NCBI GenBank assembly: GCA_018696395.1
Contig: JABHQR010000012.1
Coordinates: 11,841 to 75,840 of the forward strand
DNA: 64,000 bases
From: an archaeon
Lineage (GTDB): Archaea > Nanobdellota > Nanobdellia > Woesearchaeales > GW2011-AR9
Reading direction: 5' to 3'
Of the stretch, positions 47,456-56,449 are shown one piece after another; positions within the stretch are counted from its first letter, which is position 1; every line of letters starts with the position of its first letter. Under the pieces are notes generated by a model. The model did not search any database and was not told where the DNA came from. It saw only the letters and a list, made by a program, of their open reading frames with translations. Made by a program: the position numbers and the translations under genes.

Positions 47456-48436
47456 TTATTTTACATGGCTCTTTCTTAACTTAGTTCCACAATTTTTACA
47501 ATATAATGCATCTAAATCATGTTCCTCTAAATGACAGTTTGGACATTTAATTTTTGTTTTTGTAACTTCCATCATTAAGACTTTTATTAACTTACCTAAC
47601 TGCCAAGGTATTAATGCTATCCCTGACAATATGGTTGCTACTGTTAAGAACTTTCCTAGTCCTGAAATTGGCGTAATATCTCCATAACCTACTGTAGTTA
47701 CAGTTACAATAACAAAATAAATCGCTTCCCATATATTACTAAATTGTCCTGGGTTGACACTATTTTCTACAGTCCAGATCAAACCAGATGATATCAAAAT
47801 AATTGTAAATATAGTTAATATTATCCTAATAATGATTAGTTCACTTTCATTTAATTTACCAAATAATGTGTCTTTAGATTTGAAAATTCTTTGGAATCTA
47901 AGTACCCTTAACATCCTAAATAATCTTAAAATTCTAAATACTCTGAAAAATGTCAAATCTGCAAAATGTACAATTATAGGCAAAATTGATGCTAAATCAA
48001 TCAAACTGTATGGGTTAAAGAAATGTTTCATTTTTTTCTTTGCTACCCACATTCTGCCAATATATTCCATTAAAAATATGCTAACTAAAAAAACTTCTGC
48101 ACCTCCAATAATGAAATTAATAGTATCACTGAATTGATAAGTGCTAAGTATGAACAATGCTACTGCTAAAAAATTTAAGAAAAATAATGTCCCTTCAATT
48201 CTTCTTCCATGTAATGATTCATAATTATCAAGGTGTAAATGTAAAAATGATCTTATATCATTAATAATGCTATTTTCAATCTTAGCTTCTTCTTTGATGA
48301 TTTTTGAATCAATAGAATCTTCATTATTTGCTTTACCATAACTGTTTTTAATCTTAGTTGTTAGTTTAATTTTAGATTTAAGTTTAATCGGTTTCTTTTT
48401 GTTTACAGTTTTAATGCTTTTTTTTTTAGTTGCCAA
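47456..48436 (-). CDS. voltage-gated K+ channel (KvAP-like, 6TM) with C-terminal C4 zinc ribbon
   Basis: S4 RVFRILRLFRMLRVLRFQRIFK (Arg every third residue), selectivity filter TVTTVGYGD, C-terminal CPNC...CKNC, Lys-rich N-terminus. Confidence 0.8.
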   Translation of the reverse strand: MATKKKSIKTVNKKKPIKLKSKIKLTTKIKNSYGKANNEDSIDSKIIKEEAKIENSIINDIRSFLHLHLDNYESLHGRRIEGTLFFLNFLAVALFILSTYQFSDTINFIIGGAEVFLVSIFLMEYIGRMWVAKKKMKHFFNPYSLIDLASILPIIVHFADLTFFRVFRILRLFRMLRVLRFQRIFKSKDTLFGKLNESELIIIRIILTIFTIILISSGLIWTVENSVNPGQFSNIWEAIYFVIVTVTTVGYGDITPISGLGKFLTVATILSGIALIPWQLGKLIKVLMMEVTKTKIKCPNCHLEEHDLDALYCKNCGTKLRKSHVK

Positions 48437-48476
48437 GGTTATTTATTTCATTAATAATATGATTTCAGTTTATTAA

Positions 48477-49100
48477 TTATCTCTTTTTATTTTTATTATG
48501 TTTTTTTATTTTGATTTTAGTAAAAAATCTTGATTTTGTTAAAACTCTTGTTGATCTAGCGCCTAACTTCAAAAATTCTGCTAATCTTCCTGTTCTTGAA
48601 GCAATTGCAACGCCTTTACGTATCTCTAGGCTTTCATGAAGGATCGCTTGACCTACTCCTAAATCTTTTGAAACTGTTAATGCTAACTTTAATCCTTCCA
48701 TGAATTTTAATGCTAGCATAAATGGAAATACTGCTAAAATGTCTAACCAATAATTTTTGAAAAAATATTTTTTTGAATCACATTTTTTTGCTATAAAAAT
48801 TAAATCAATTACAAATATTGAAATTACTAAATAATCCAGAAATAAAATTATATTGTGTACAATGTGATTTTCTATATGAAAAAATATTTCGATAATAATA
48901 ATTAATGTAAGTGCAATCAAAGCGTAGGGAATCAGTTTGGCATTACATTTTTCAATTCTTTCCCAGAATTCATTATATTTAGTTTTAGTTTTTTTATAAT
49001 GGTTGTAATGTTTAGATCTTGTTTTAGATTTTTTAAGTTTAGACTTACTTTTTATCAATTTAACTTTAACTCTGCCTACACTCTTTTTACTTAACACCAT
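48477..49100 (-). CDS. stand-alone voltage-sensor-domain (S1-S4) protein, no pore domain
   Basis: Four TM segments. S2-S3 region (IDLIFIAKK..KKYFFKNYWLDILAVFPF) parallels the neighbouring channel (EYIGRMWVAKKKMKHFFNPYSLIDLASILP). S4-like RTGRLAEFLKLGARSTRVLTKSRFF. The protein ends about 25 residues after S4. Confidence 0.5.
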   Translation of the reverse strand: MVLSKKSVGRVKVKLIKSKSKLKKSKTRSKHYNHYKKTKTKYNEFWERIEKCNAKLIPYALIALTLIIIIEIFFHIENHIVHNIILFLDYLVISIFVIDLIFIAKKCDSKKYFFKNYWLDILAVFPFMLALKFMEGLKLALTVSKDLGVGQAILHESLEIRKGVAIASRTGRLAEFLKLGARSTRVLTKSRFFTKIKIKKHNKNKKR

Positions 49101-49236
49101 CTTTTAACTAATTTAGAATTATTTTTTGATATAAAAATGCTTTGTTTTTATATCTTTTAACATATATGTAAATTAATACGTTCCCATTACTTTTATATAC
49201 CTAAAAAAATTACTTAAATCCTATTAAAGGAGTTAT

Positions 49237-51126
49237 GTGATGGCTGAACTTAAGAAAGTACTTGGTTTTAAGACGATTTTACTTATTACAATTAACTCTA
49301 TTATGGGTACTGGGATATTTTTTCTTCCAGCGGTTGGTGCAGGTAAGTCTGGCCCAGCATCTTTAATTTCTTGGGCAATTTTATCAGTGGTTTCAATTTA
49401 TATTGCAATGTGTTTTGGAGAATTATCTTCAATGTTCCCAAAATCTGGTGGGATTTATGAATTCTGTAAACAAGCTTATGGTAGGTTTTTTTCATTCTTG
49501 ATTGGTTGGATGACAATCATTGCAGGAAATGTTACTATTGCTATGTTGGTGGTAGGTGCAATACAATATTTAATGCCAGTTGGTTCAATTTGGTTAAAGA
49601 TAGGTGCATCGTTAATATTTATATTCGTATTCAATTACATTGCATTTAAAGGGATGCAAACTTCTGCTGTTATGTTAATTGCTTTTTCAATTATAACTTT
49701 ATTTACAGTAATATCTTTAATTATACCTGGTTTGATTAAATTTAATGTGAGTAATTTTACTCCTTTTTTTGTTTTCCCGGTATCTTCCATCGCATTAACA
49801 ATTTTTTTAGTGGCAGAAACTTTTTTTGGTTGGGAAACTGCAACTTTCTTGGCTGAAGAGACTAAAGATGGCCAGAAAGTTATGCCTAAAGCTTTAATTT
49901 ATGGTACCATTATTATCGCAGTAATTTGTTTACTTTCAGTAATCTCTTCTATGAGTGCTATTAATTGGCAAATATTTGGTTCTTCTAGTGCACCTTTAGC
50001 GGATTTAGCGGTGGAACATTTTGGACCACAATCTTCCGGTGTTTACACCATTTTAGTTTATCTTGCAATAATTGGTTCTGTTGCGGGTTGGATTGTTTCA
50101 GCTCCAAGATTATTATTGGCAATGGCTGAAGATAAATTATTTCCTGCCCAATTTGCAAAGATTCATCCTAAGAACGGTACGCCGTATTTAGCAATAATAT
50201 TTCAAACAGTTTTGTCTACAATTTTAGTAATTGTTGGTGCTGGTTCTTATACCACTTTATTGGAACTTCTTTTACCAATAGTTCTTATCATGTATTCTTT
50301 TGTATTAATTAGTGTAGTTGTACTAAGATATAAAAAACCAAATCTTAAAAGATATTACACTGCGCCTTTTGGTAAAGTGGGCCCTATACTTGTTACATTA
50401 TTCATTTTTTTCTTAATAGGGATGTGGTTACATGAATCTCATGGTGCATTTGATCTGTTGAGTATTGCAGTATCATTATTGATTTTGGGGATTCCAGTAT
50501 ATTTCTTGATAGAAATGTATTATGATTCAGAAGCAATTAGGAAAGTTAATGAAAAATTACCTTATCTATTATTATTTTCAGAAAATTTCTTATTTCCTTT
50601 AGATGTTAGAAGAAAAATATTTCTTATGGTTGGAAATTTGAAAGGTAAAAAAGTATTGGAATTTGGTTGTGGTGTTGGAACATTAACAAGAAGGTTAGCA
50701 AACAAAGTTTTACCTGGTGGGAAAATTTATGCATTTGATTTTGCTAAACATAATGTTAACCTTGTTTCTAAAAACATGAAAAAAAATAATCATAATCATG
50801 TTTCTGTTTTTCATCATGAATATTTAGACCATTTTAAAACTAAGAATAAATTTCCTAAATGTGACATTTTAATATCTACTGGTACATTTAGTTATGTTCA
50901 AAACCCTGAAAAAGTAGTTAAACATTTGAGTAATAACTTGAGAAAAGGTGCTCGAATTGTTATAATGGACTATGACAATTTCTTTCATTTAATGCCTAAT
51001 GTAGAATGGATCTCTGATCATAAAAGATTAAATCAAATGTTTACCCAGGCCGGATTTAAAATTGAAATAATTAGAAAAAGAAGTTTATTATGGACACACA
51101 TATTTATTGTTGGTGAAAAAAAATAA
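49237..51126 (+). CDS. APC-superfamily permease fused to a C-terminal class-I SAM-dependent methyltransferase domain (paralog of 44501..46603)
   Basis: Same architecture. MTase motif I VLEFGCGVGTL, post-I YAFDFA. 629 aa. SD AAGGAG upstream. Confidence 0.7.
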   Translation: MMAELKKVLGFKTILLITINSIMGTGIFFLPAVGAGKSGPASLISWAILSVVSIYIAMCFGELSSMFPKSGGIYEFCKQAYGRFFSFLIGWMTIIAGNVTIAMLVVGAIQYLMPVGSIWLKIGASLIFIFVFNYIAFKGMQTSAVMLIAFSIITLFTVISLIIPGLIKFNVSNFTPFFVFPVSSIALTIFLVAETFFGWETATFLAEETKDGQKVMPKALIYGTIIIAVICLLSVISSMSAINWQIFGSSSAPLADLAVEHFGPQSSGVYTILVYLAIIGSVAGWIVSAPRLLLAMAEDKLFPAQFAKIHPKNGTPYLAIIFQTVLSTILVIVGAGSYTTLLELLLPIVLIMYSFVLISVVVLRYKKPNLKRYYTAPFGKVGPILVTLFIFFLIGMWLHESHGAFDLLSIAVSLLILGIPVYFLIEMYYDSEAIRKVNEKLPYLLLFSENFLFPLDVRRKIFLMVGNLKGKKVLEFGCGVGTLTRRLANKVLPGGKIYAFDFAKHNVNLVSKNMKKNNHNHVSVFHHEYLDHFKTKNKFPKCDILISTGTFSYVQNPEKVVKHLSNNLRKGARIVIMDYDNFFHLMPNVEWISDHKRLNQMFTQAGFKIEIIRKRSLLWTHIFIVGEKK

Positions 51127-51187
51127 TTTATTCAACTGAAATTTAATTAAATTTAACAGAATAAATATTAAAAAAATAATTTAAAAG

Positions 51188-52249
51188 TTACTTTTTTTTA
51201 TTAACTTTCTTTTTCAATGTTTTTTTCTTAACTGATTTTTTCACAATTTTATTTTTAGTTAATCTTTTATTAACCAGTTTTTTCTTAATTACTTTCTTTT
51301 TTGCAGTTACTTTTTTCTTGACTACCTTTTCTTTTTTAGGTTTTTTCTTAGCAACTTGTTTAGTAATTTCTTTTTTCTCTTTCTTAATAGATTTTTTAAC
51401 ATTAGCTTCTAATTCTTTTAAATCTTTGAGTATATCTGAAGCAATGAAACAATATCCTTTCTTATTTTTTAACTGTAAATCACCAAAATATCCATTAATG
51501 TATGCTGCTGCTGCTGCACTTTTGAAAAGATCTTTTGTTTTAGCAAGGAATCCTACTGCTAAACCAGCTAGCACATCTCCAGTACCTGCTTTTGTCATCC
51601 CTTGATTTCCTGTTCTATTAAAGTAAATCTTATTTTTTGAAATGATGATGTCAGTTGCTCCTTTAACTACAATGACATTATCATTTTGTAAAAAATACCT
51701 TAAATTTCCTTGTAAAATGTCTGCTTTTTCTTTAGCATTAGAAATTTTTAGTTTAGGTAATAAAAATTCTTTTCCACTATTAATTAACATTATTTCAAGT
51801 TCTTTTTCATGTGGTGTTATAATTGAATTTTTAAAATCTCTAAATGATGCAGATTTTAATGCATCTGCGTCAATAACTTTTAAACCTTGAAATTTTTTGA
51901 TAAATGTTTGACAAAATTTATCTGAAGCTCTAGTCATACCATTTCCAACTAATACTGCATCAAACCGGTCTGCAAATTTAGCTAGTTCCTTAGCATTTTT
52001 TATATTTAAAGAATTTCCAATAACTTTATGGGTTATCAAATCTAATGATATTTGATTAATTGTCCAAGCAATTTTTTCAGGAGCTGCAACTGTAACTGAA
52101 TCACAACCTGATCTTAAAGCCGCTAAACCAGATAATGCTGGTGCGGTGACATATTCCTCTGATCCGCCTACAATGAGAGCGTAACCATTTTCACCTTTAT
52201 GGGAAGTTTTTCTCCTTTCCATTAATTTTTTAACTTGATTAAGGTTCAT
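51188..52249 (-). CDS. ADP/ATP-dependent NAD(P)H-hydrate dehydratase (YjeF C-terminal/carbohydrate-kinase-like domain) with Lys-rich C-terminal tail
   Basis: GENGYALIVGGS...AVLVGNGM...KAGTGDVLAGLAVGFLA, all YjeF_C hallmarks. The C-terminal ~70 aa are K-rich. Confidence 0.75.
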   Translation of the reverse strand: MNLNQVKKLMERRKTSHKGENGYALIVGGSEEYVTAPALSGLAALRSGCDSVTVAAPEKIAWTINQISLDLITHKVIGNSLNIKNAKELAKFADRFDAVLVGNGMTRASDKFCQTFIKKFQGLKVIDADALKSASFRDFKNSIITPHEKELEIMLINSGKEFLLPKLKISNAKEKADILQGNLRYFLQNDNVIVVKGATDIIISKNKIYFNRTGNQGMTKAGTGDVLAGLAVGFLAKTKDLFKSAAAAAYINGYFGDLQLKNKKGYCFIASDILKDLKELEANVKKSIKKEKKEITKQVAKKKPKKEKVVKKKVTAKKKVIKKKLVNKRLTKNKIVKKSVKKKTLKKKVNKKK

Positions 52250-52478
52250 TTTTAACTAACCTGGCCCTTTTTCTTATGAAAAATTTTTAACGTTTTTTTA
52301 ATAATCTGTGGTTTATTTATAAAGTAGGACTACTTTTAAGGTTTATATAGTTTTGTTATAATCCTTGAGTAAGTAAAATTAACTAATTTTAAATCAAATT
52401 TACATTTACCTTATAATTTCTGATTTAAATTCTTATTGAGAAAATCTTTTAAATGGAAGCACGATTGTTAAATTAATT

Positions 52479-52626
52479 GGTCCTGTAGCTTAGCCTGGTG
52501 GAGCGCTGCTCTTATATGGGTACGTTTCAATCATGAATGTACCAGAAGTTAAGCAGAGGTCCCGGGTTCAAATTTTTTTTACAGAAAAACATTTTTGTGA
52601 AAATTATGAAAGTCCCGGCAGGACCA
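52479..52626 (+). tRNA. tRNA-Ile (anticodon TAT) with two introns: canonical 37/38 (~52517..52550, 34 nt) and T-loop ~59/60 (~52574..52613, 40 nt)
   Basis: Hand fold: acceptor GGTCCTG...CAGGACC plus A, D arm GCTT/GAGC, anticodon stem CTGCT/AGCAG with loop CTTATA|A. The T arm CCGGG-TTCAAAT is interrupted before its 3' strand CCCGG. The first intron contains a GGTAC/GTACC hairpin. Confidence 0.55.
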
Positions 52627-52634
52627 TTTTTTTC
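52627..52634 (+). terminator. oligo-T tract directly after tRNA-Ile (archaeal-type termination signal)
   Basis: TTTTTTT immediately 3' of the discriminator base. Confidence 0.35.
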
Positions 52635-52684
52635 TTAAATTTTTAATTTAAAATATTAAAAAGAAAAAAATAAAGGTTTTAACA

Positions 52685-53371
52685 TTATACTGCCTCTGCA
52701 GTAAATTGAACAAATACTGTTTTTGTTCCAGTTGGTGCTTCTTGTGGAATCCCAAATTTGTAATATGTTATTAACTCGTCATTACTGTCAACTGGCATTA
52801 ATACTGGGCACAATAGAACTGTTGTTTGGTTATTATATCCCATTAAAGATGTCCATTCATTTTGTTCGCCAGCACCAATGCATGAATTGGATTCTGGTCC
52901 TTCTAATGCTTTAACATCTAAGAATGCATTATCCCCTGGACAACTACTTCCTCCAGCATCATTACATAACCAATGTTCTGCATTAGTATGGCTTGTAACT
53001 TGAATTGTGACATTTACTGGTGAAGAACCAGTATTGTTTAATGTATGTCCAACATTATTTATTACTGGTGTTTGACCTGTAGAATTTAACCAATTGTTTG
53101 CTCCAGCTAATGTGTCAATTGAACCTAATATTGCACTTGAATTAACATAACCAGAACCTAAATCCATCTCTGAATCATGTACTTGTAATCCTACATTAGA
53201 CAAAATTTCTAAGGTGGTATTTCCTGTACTAGTTGCATTTGATGTCACTGCGCCACCTATTACCATCCATTGTCCTCTAATATTACTGATCTCACTTACA
53301 CTAATGATTGTTCCAGTTAAAGAAACTATCAATGCTAACCCTAGTAAAGCAACAATTTTTTTATTATTCAT
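52685..53371 (-). CDS. secreted Asn/Thr/Ser-rich protein with many N-glycosylation sequons
   Basis: Sec signal MNNKKIVALLGLALIVSLTG. At least 9 N-x-S/T sequons. 228 aa. Confidence 0.5.
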   Translation of the reverse strand: MNNKKIVALLGLALIVSLTGTIISVSEISNIRGQWMVIGGAVTSNATSTGNTTLEILSNVGLQVHDSEMDLGSGYVNSSAILGSIDTLAGANNWLNSTGQTPVINNVGHTLNNTGSSPVNVTIQVTSHTNAEHWLCNDAGGSSCPGDNAFLDVKALEGPESNSCIGAGEQNEWTSLMGYNNQTTVLLCPVLMPVDSNDELITYYKFGIPQEAPTGTKTVFVQFTAEAV

Positions 53372-53468
53372 TTTCTATCTGCCCTCTTTAATTAAAATAA
53401 TAGGTTAAAAAGAAAGTAATTTTGATTTATAAGTTTTTCGTGATTCTGAATTTGTTCTTTTTTTAAAA

Positions 53469-55085
53469 TTAAGAATTTATTTTTTCATTACCTAAAATCA
53501 CATCATCAATTCTAAGTATCATTTCTGCAACTTCTGTCGCACTACTTAATGCTTGAGTTTTAATTTTCAAAGGTTCAATAATCCCCTCTTCCCAAGCATT
53601 AATATTTTTTCCAGAAAATACATTTATCCCTATCCATTTTTCTCCTTGGTTGTGTGACGTTCTTAATTGAGTTATGACATCTATTGGGTCAAGACCAGCA
53701 TTTTCTGCTAATGTTCTTGGGATGATTTCCATAGTTTCTGCAAATGCTAACACTGCTAATTGTTCTCTGCCATTTAAGCTATTAGCAAAATATCTTAATT
53801 TTTTAGCAAGTTCCATCTCAACTGCTGCTGCACCGGCAACAATTTTTCCATTACTTAAAGCTGAAGATAAATCTCCAATGGCATCTATCACTGCCCTTTT
53901 TATTTCTTCAGCAACATGTTCAGTCCCACCTTTAACAAGTAATGTAATGGCTTTGGGATTTTTACATTTTTCAATGAAAGTAATATTTTCATCATTAATC
54001 TTTTCAGTTTTGACTTGGCCTGCATAACCTAAGTCTTTTTCTTCTAATTCTTTCCAACTGCTAACAATCTTAGCTCCAGTAGCTTGAGATATTTTTTCTA
54101 AATCACTTCTTTTAACTCTTCTAAATGCCATGATATCCTCTTTAGCTAAGAAATGTTGTGCTACATCGTCAATACCTTTTTGACATAGAAGAACATTAGC
54201 ATTTGTAGATTTAATCTTTGTTACCATCTCTTTCAAACTTTGTTCTTCTTGGGCTAAGAAAGCGTTCAATTGTTGAGGGTCAGTAATTTGTATTTTAGCA
54301 TCAATTTCTGTATTTTTGATCTCTAAAGGGGAATCTAGTAATGCCACTTTCGCATTTTCTATTTTGTTAGGCATTGAAGGATGAACTTTTTCTTTATCAA
54401 TAACTATACCTTCAATTAGTTCACTTTTGTCTGATGTGTATCCTACTACTTTTTCAACTTTAATGTTATCTTTATTTACTTTAGTTTGGCTAGTCAATTG
54501 GTTTGTTTGATTGTTTAAGATTGGTTTTGTTTCAGAAACAAACTTAATTGCTTTAACAATAATTTCTGCTAATTTTTCTTTATTACTTTCTGCACCTTTA
54601 CCAGTCATGGCAGTTATTGCTAATTGTTTTAATTTAATTTCATCTTTAATACTTATGTCTTCTGCAATTTGGTTAAGAATATTTTGTGCTTCTTGTTCTG
54701 CTATCCGATATCCTCTTGCTACAATTGTGGGATGGATATTTTGATCCAGAAGGTCTTCTGCTTTTTTCAACAATTCTCCAGCAATGATAACTGCAGTTGT
54801 TGTTCCATCACCTACCGTATCTTCTTGAGTTTTGGCAATTTCCACTACCATTTTGGCAGCTGGATGTTCAATTTGCATCTCTCTGAGAATTGTAACTCCA
54901 TCATTAGTTATGATAACTTCATCAGTAGAATCAACTATCATTTTGTCCATGCCTTTTGGTCCTAATGTTGTTCTAATCGTTTGTGCTACTGCTTTGGCTG
55001 CAGCAATATTGTTACGCTGAGCATCCCTTCCAGTACTACGTTGGGTATTTTCTGACATTATATGGTTTGACATTTGATTTGACAT
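53469..55085 (-). CDS. ths: thermosome subunit (group II chaperonin)
   Basis: [16 protein letters not shown], the ATP-binding [16 protein letters not shown] and the C-terminal GGGAxE-like region. 538 aa. Confidence 0.9.
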   Translation of the reverse strand: MSNQMSNHIMSENTQRSTGRDAQRNNIAAAKAVAQTIRTTLGPKGMDKMIVDSTDEVIITNDGVTILREMQIEHPAAKMVVEIAKTQEDTVGDGTTTAVIIAGELLKKAEDLLDQNIHPTIVARGYRIAEQEAQNILNQIAEDISIKDEIKLKQLAITAMTGKGAESNKEKLAEIIVKAIKFVSETKPILNNQTNQLTSQTKVNKDNIKVEKVVGYTSDKSELIEGIVIDKEKVHPSMPNKIENAKVALLDSPLEIKNTEIDAKIQITDPQQLNAFLAQEEQSLKEMVTKIKSTNANVLLCQKGIDDVAQHFLAKEDIMAFRRVKRSDLEKISQATGAKIVSSWKELEEKDLGYAGQVKTEKINDENITFIEKCKNPKAITLLVKGGTEHVAEEIKRAVIDAIGDLSSALSNGKIVAGAAAVEMELAKKLRYFANSLNGREQLAVLAFAETMEIIPRTLAENAGLDPIDVITQLRTSHNQGEKWIGINVFSGKNINAWEEGIIEPLKIKTQALSSATEVAEMILRIDDVILGNEKINS

Positions 55086-55261
55086 AAAATTACTTCTGAA
55101 CTTAGAATTTTATAAGGATTATTGGTTTTGAGTGGTGTTAATCTTTGTAATTTTAATTTTTATGATTAATTAACACTAAACATATGCCCATTTAAAATTA
55201 ACAAAGTTTTTAAAAGAATAATTCTTAATTTAATCATTAAATCTAAACAGAGGTGTCTTAA

Positions 55262-55474
55262 ATGTTCGGATCAAATGGGAGAATAAAAAAAATATTAATT
55301 CGCGCTTTAAAGGAAGCTGAAGATCTTAAAGGGTCAAAAAATGGTGTTAAATGTAAAGTCAATAAGGGTGGTGCTGAAGCTCTTTATAACTTAGTTTATG
55401 ACCTAAATAAAGTAATTGCTGCTGAAGAAGCCATTGAAAAAGCAGTTAAAGAAATGGAGCATAGTATAAAATAA
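55262..55474 (+). CDS. hypothetical small protein
   Basis: 70-aa ORF with SD-like AGAGGTG upstream. No other support. Confidence 0.3.
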   Translation: MFGSNGRIKKILIRALKEAEDLKGSKNGVKCKVNKGGAEALYNLVYDLNKVIAAEEAIEKAVKEMEHSIK

Positions 55475-55495
55475 ATTTTAATTTTTCATTTTAAT

Positions 55496-56266
55496 TTACC
55501 ATCTTCTTTTTATTATTCCTTTCCTAGTATGAATCTGTAATTCTCTATGTTCTGGAATTATTAAGATTTGTCTTGAACAAACATTATCATTTGTTTTGAA
55601 CATTTCTATGATATTAACATTATGATTATTACAACATTTAATTAAGTCACTGTTATAGGTATCTTCAAATTCTAAAAGATAAGCTTTAACCTTTCCTTGA
55701 AAATGACTTAATATATAATTCATAAATTGATTAATATTTGCATTAGGTGGCATATGACTTAATCCTACAATATTATTCTGAACTAAAATGAAAGCTCTGC
55801 ATTTATAATATCCATATGAATATAGTGGTTTGTTTGAAACAATGGCATCTGTTTGGTTAACTGTTGATCCTGCGGTAACTAGTGTTGCATCATAATTATT
55901 TTTGACATAAGCTATAAAATTGTTTCTTTCTGAAATTTCTATCTCATGATTAAAACCTTTTAATTCAACTGGATTTTTTTTTGATAACTTGATAAGTTCT
56001 CCAATATAACCTTTACATTTATCTGGTTCTTGTTTATATCTGTCGATACTTCTAATTTCTACAGCTATGAATTTTGTTCTTTTTACAATCTCTTTTTCTT
56101 TCTCTCTTTTTGCTTTTCTATACAATTTTAAATTTTGTTTTTTTAAATCAACTATTAACTTTTTTACTCTCTCTTGATTATTGTCTTCTAAGGCTTGTTT
56201 TAACAAAATAGAACGTGATTTAATATAACTTAACATATCTTTGGCAGTGTTTTCCATATTATTCAT
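55496..56266 (-). CDS. hypothetical protein
   Basis: 256-aa ORF, no recognisable family. Confidence 0.4.
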   Translation of the reverse strand: MNNMENTAKDMLSYIKSRSILLKQALEDNNQERVKKLIVDLKKQNLKLYRKAKREKEKEIVKRTKFIAVEIRSIDRYKQEPDKCKGYIGELIKLSKKNPVELKGFNHEIEISERNNFIAYVKNNYDATLVTAGSTVNQTDAIVSNKPLYSYGYYKCRAFILVQNNIVGLSHMPPNANINQFMNYILSHFQGKVKAYLLEFEDTYNSDLIKCCNNHNVNIIEMFKTNDNVCSRQILIIPEHRELQIHTRKGIIKRRW

Positions 56267-56449
56267 AAGGGGGAAGCAATGAGTTAGGTTATTTAAAATT
56301 AATTAAAATTAATTTTTATTATCTTCTTTCTTATCCACTCCAATATGACTTTTACTGAACTAATTATTCTAGAACAACAATATTTATAACTTCTAATAAT
56401 GAAGTTTTCCTTATACTTATATAGGGTGAGCTATAAACAACAAATTCAA

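Noticed and set aside
47754-48137. 127-aa plus-strand ORF inside the Kv channel gene
   Set aside because: It is antisense to the channel gene, whose S4 and selectivity-filter motifs are unambiguous.
49301-51890. ORFs 49301..49516 (-), 51318..51605 (+), 51642..51890 (+)
   Set aside because: They are antisense to the second permease-MTase gene and to the Nnr dehydratase gene.
52723-55020. Plus-strand ORFs within the secreted glycoprotein and thermosome genes (52723.., 53214.., 53674.., 54511.., 54669.., 54832..)
   Set aside because: They are antisense to well-supported genes. The thermosome assignment is unambiguous.
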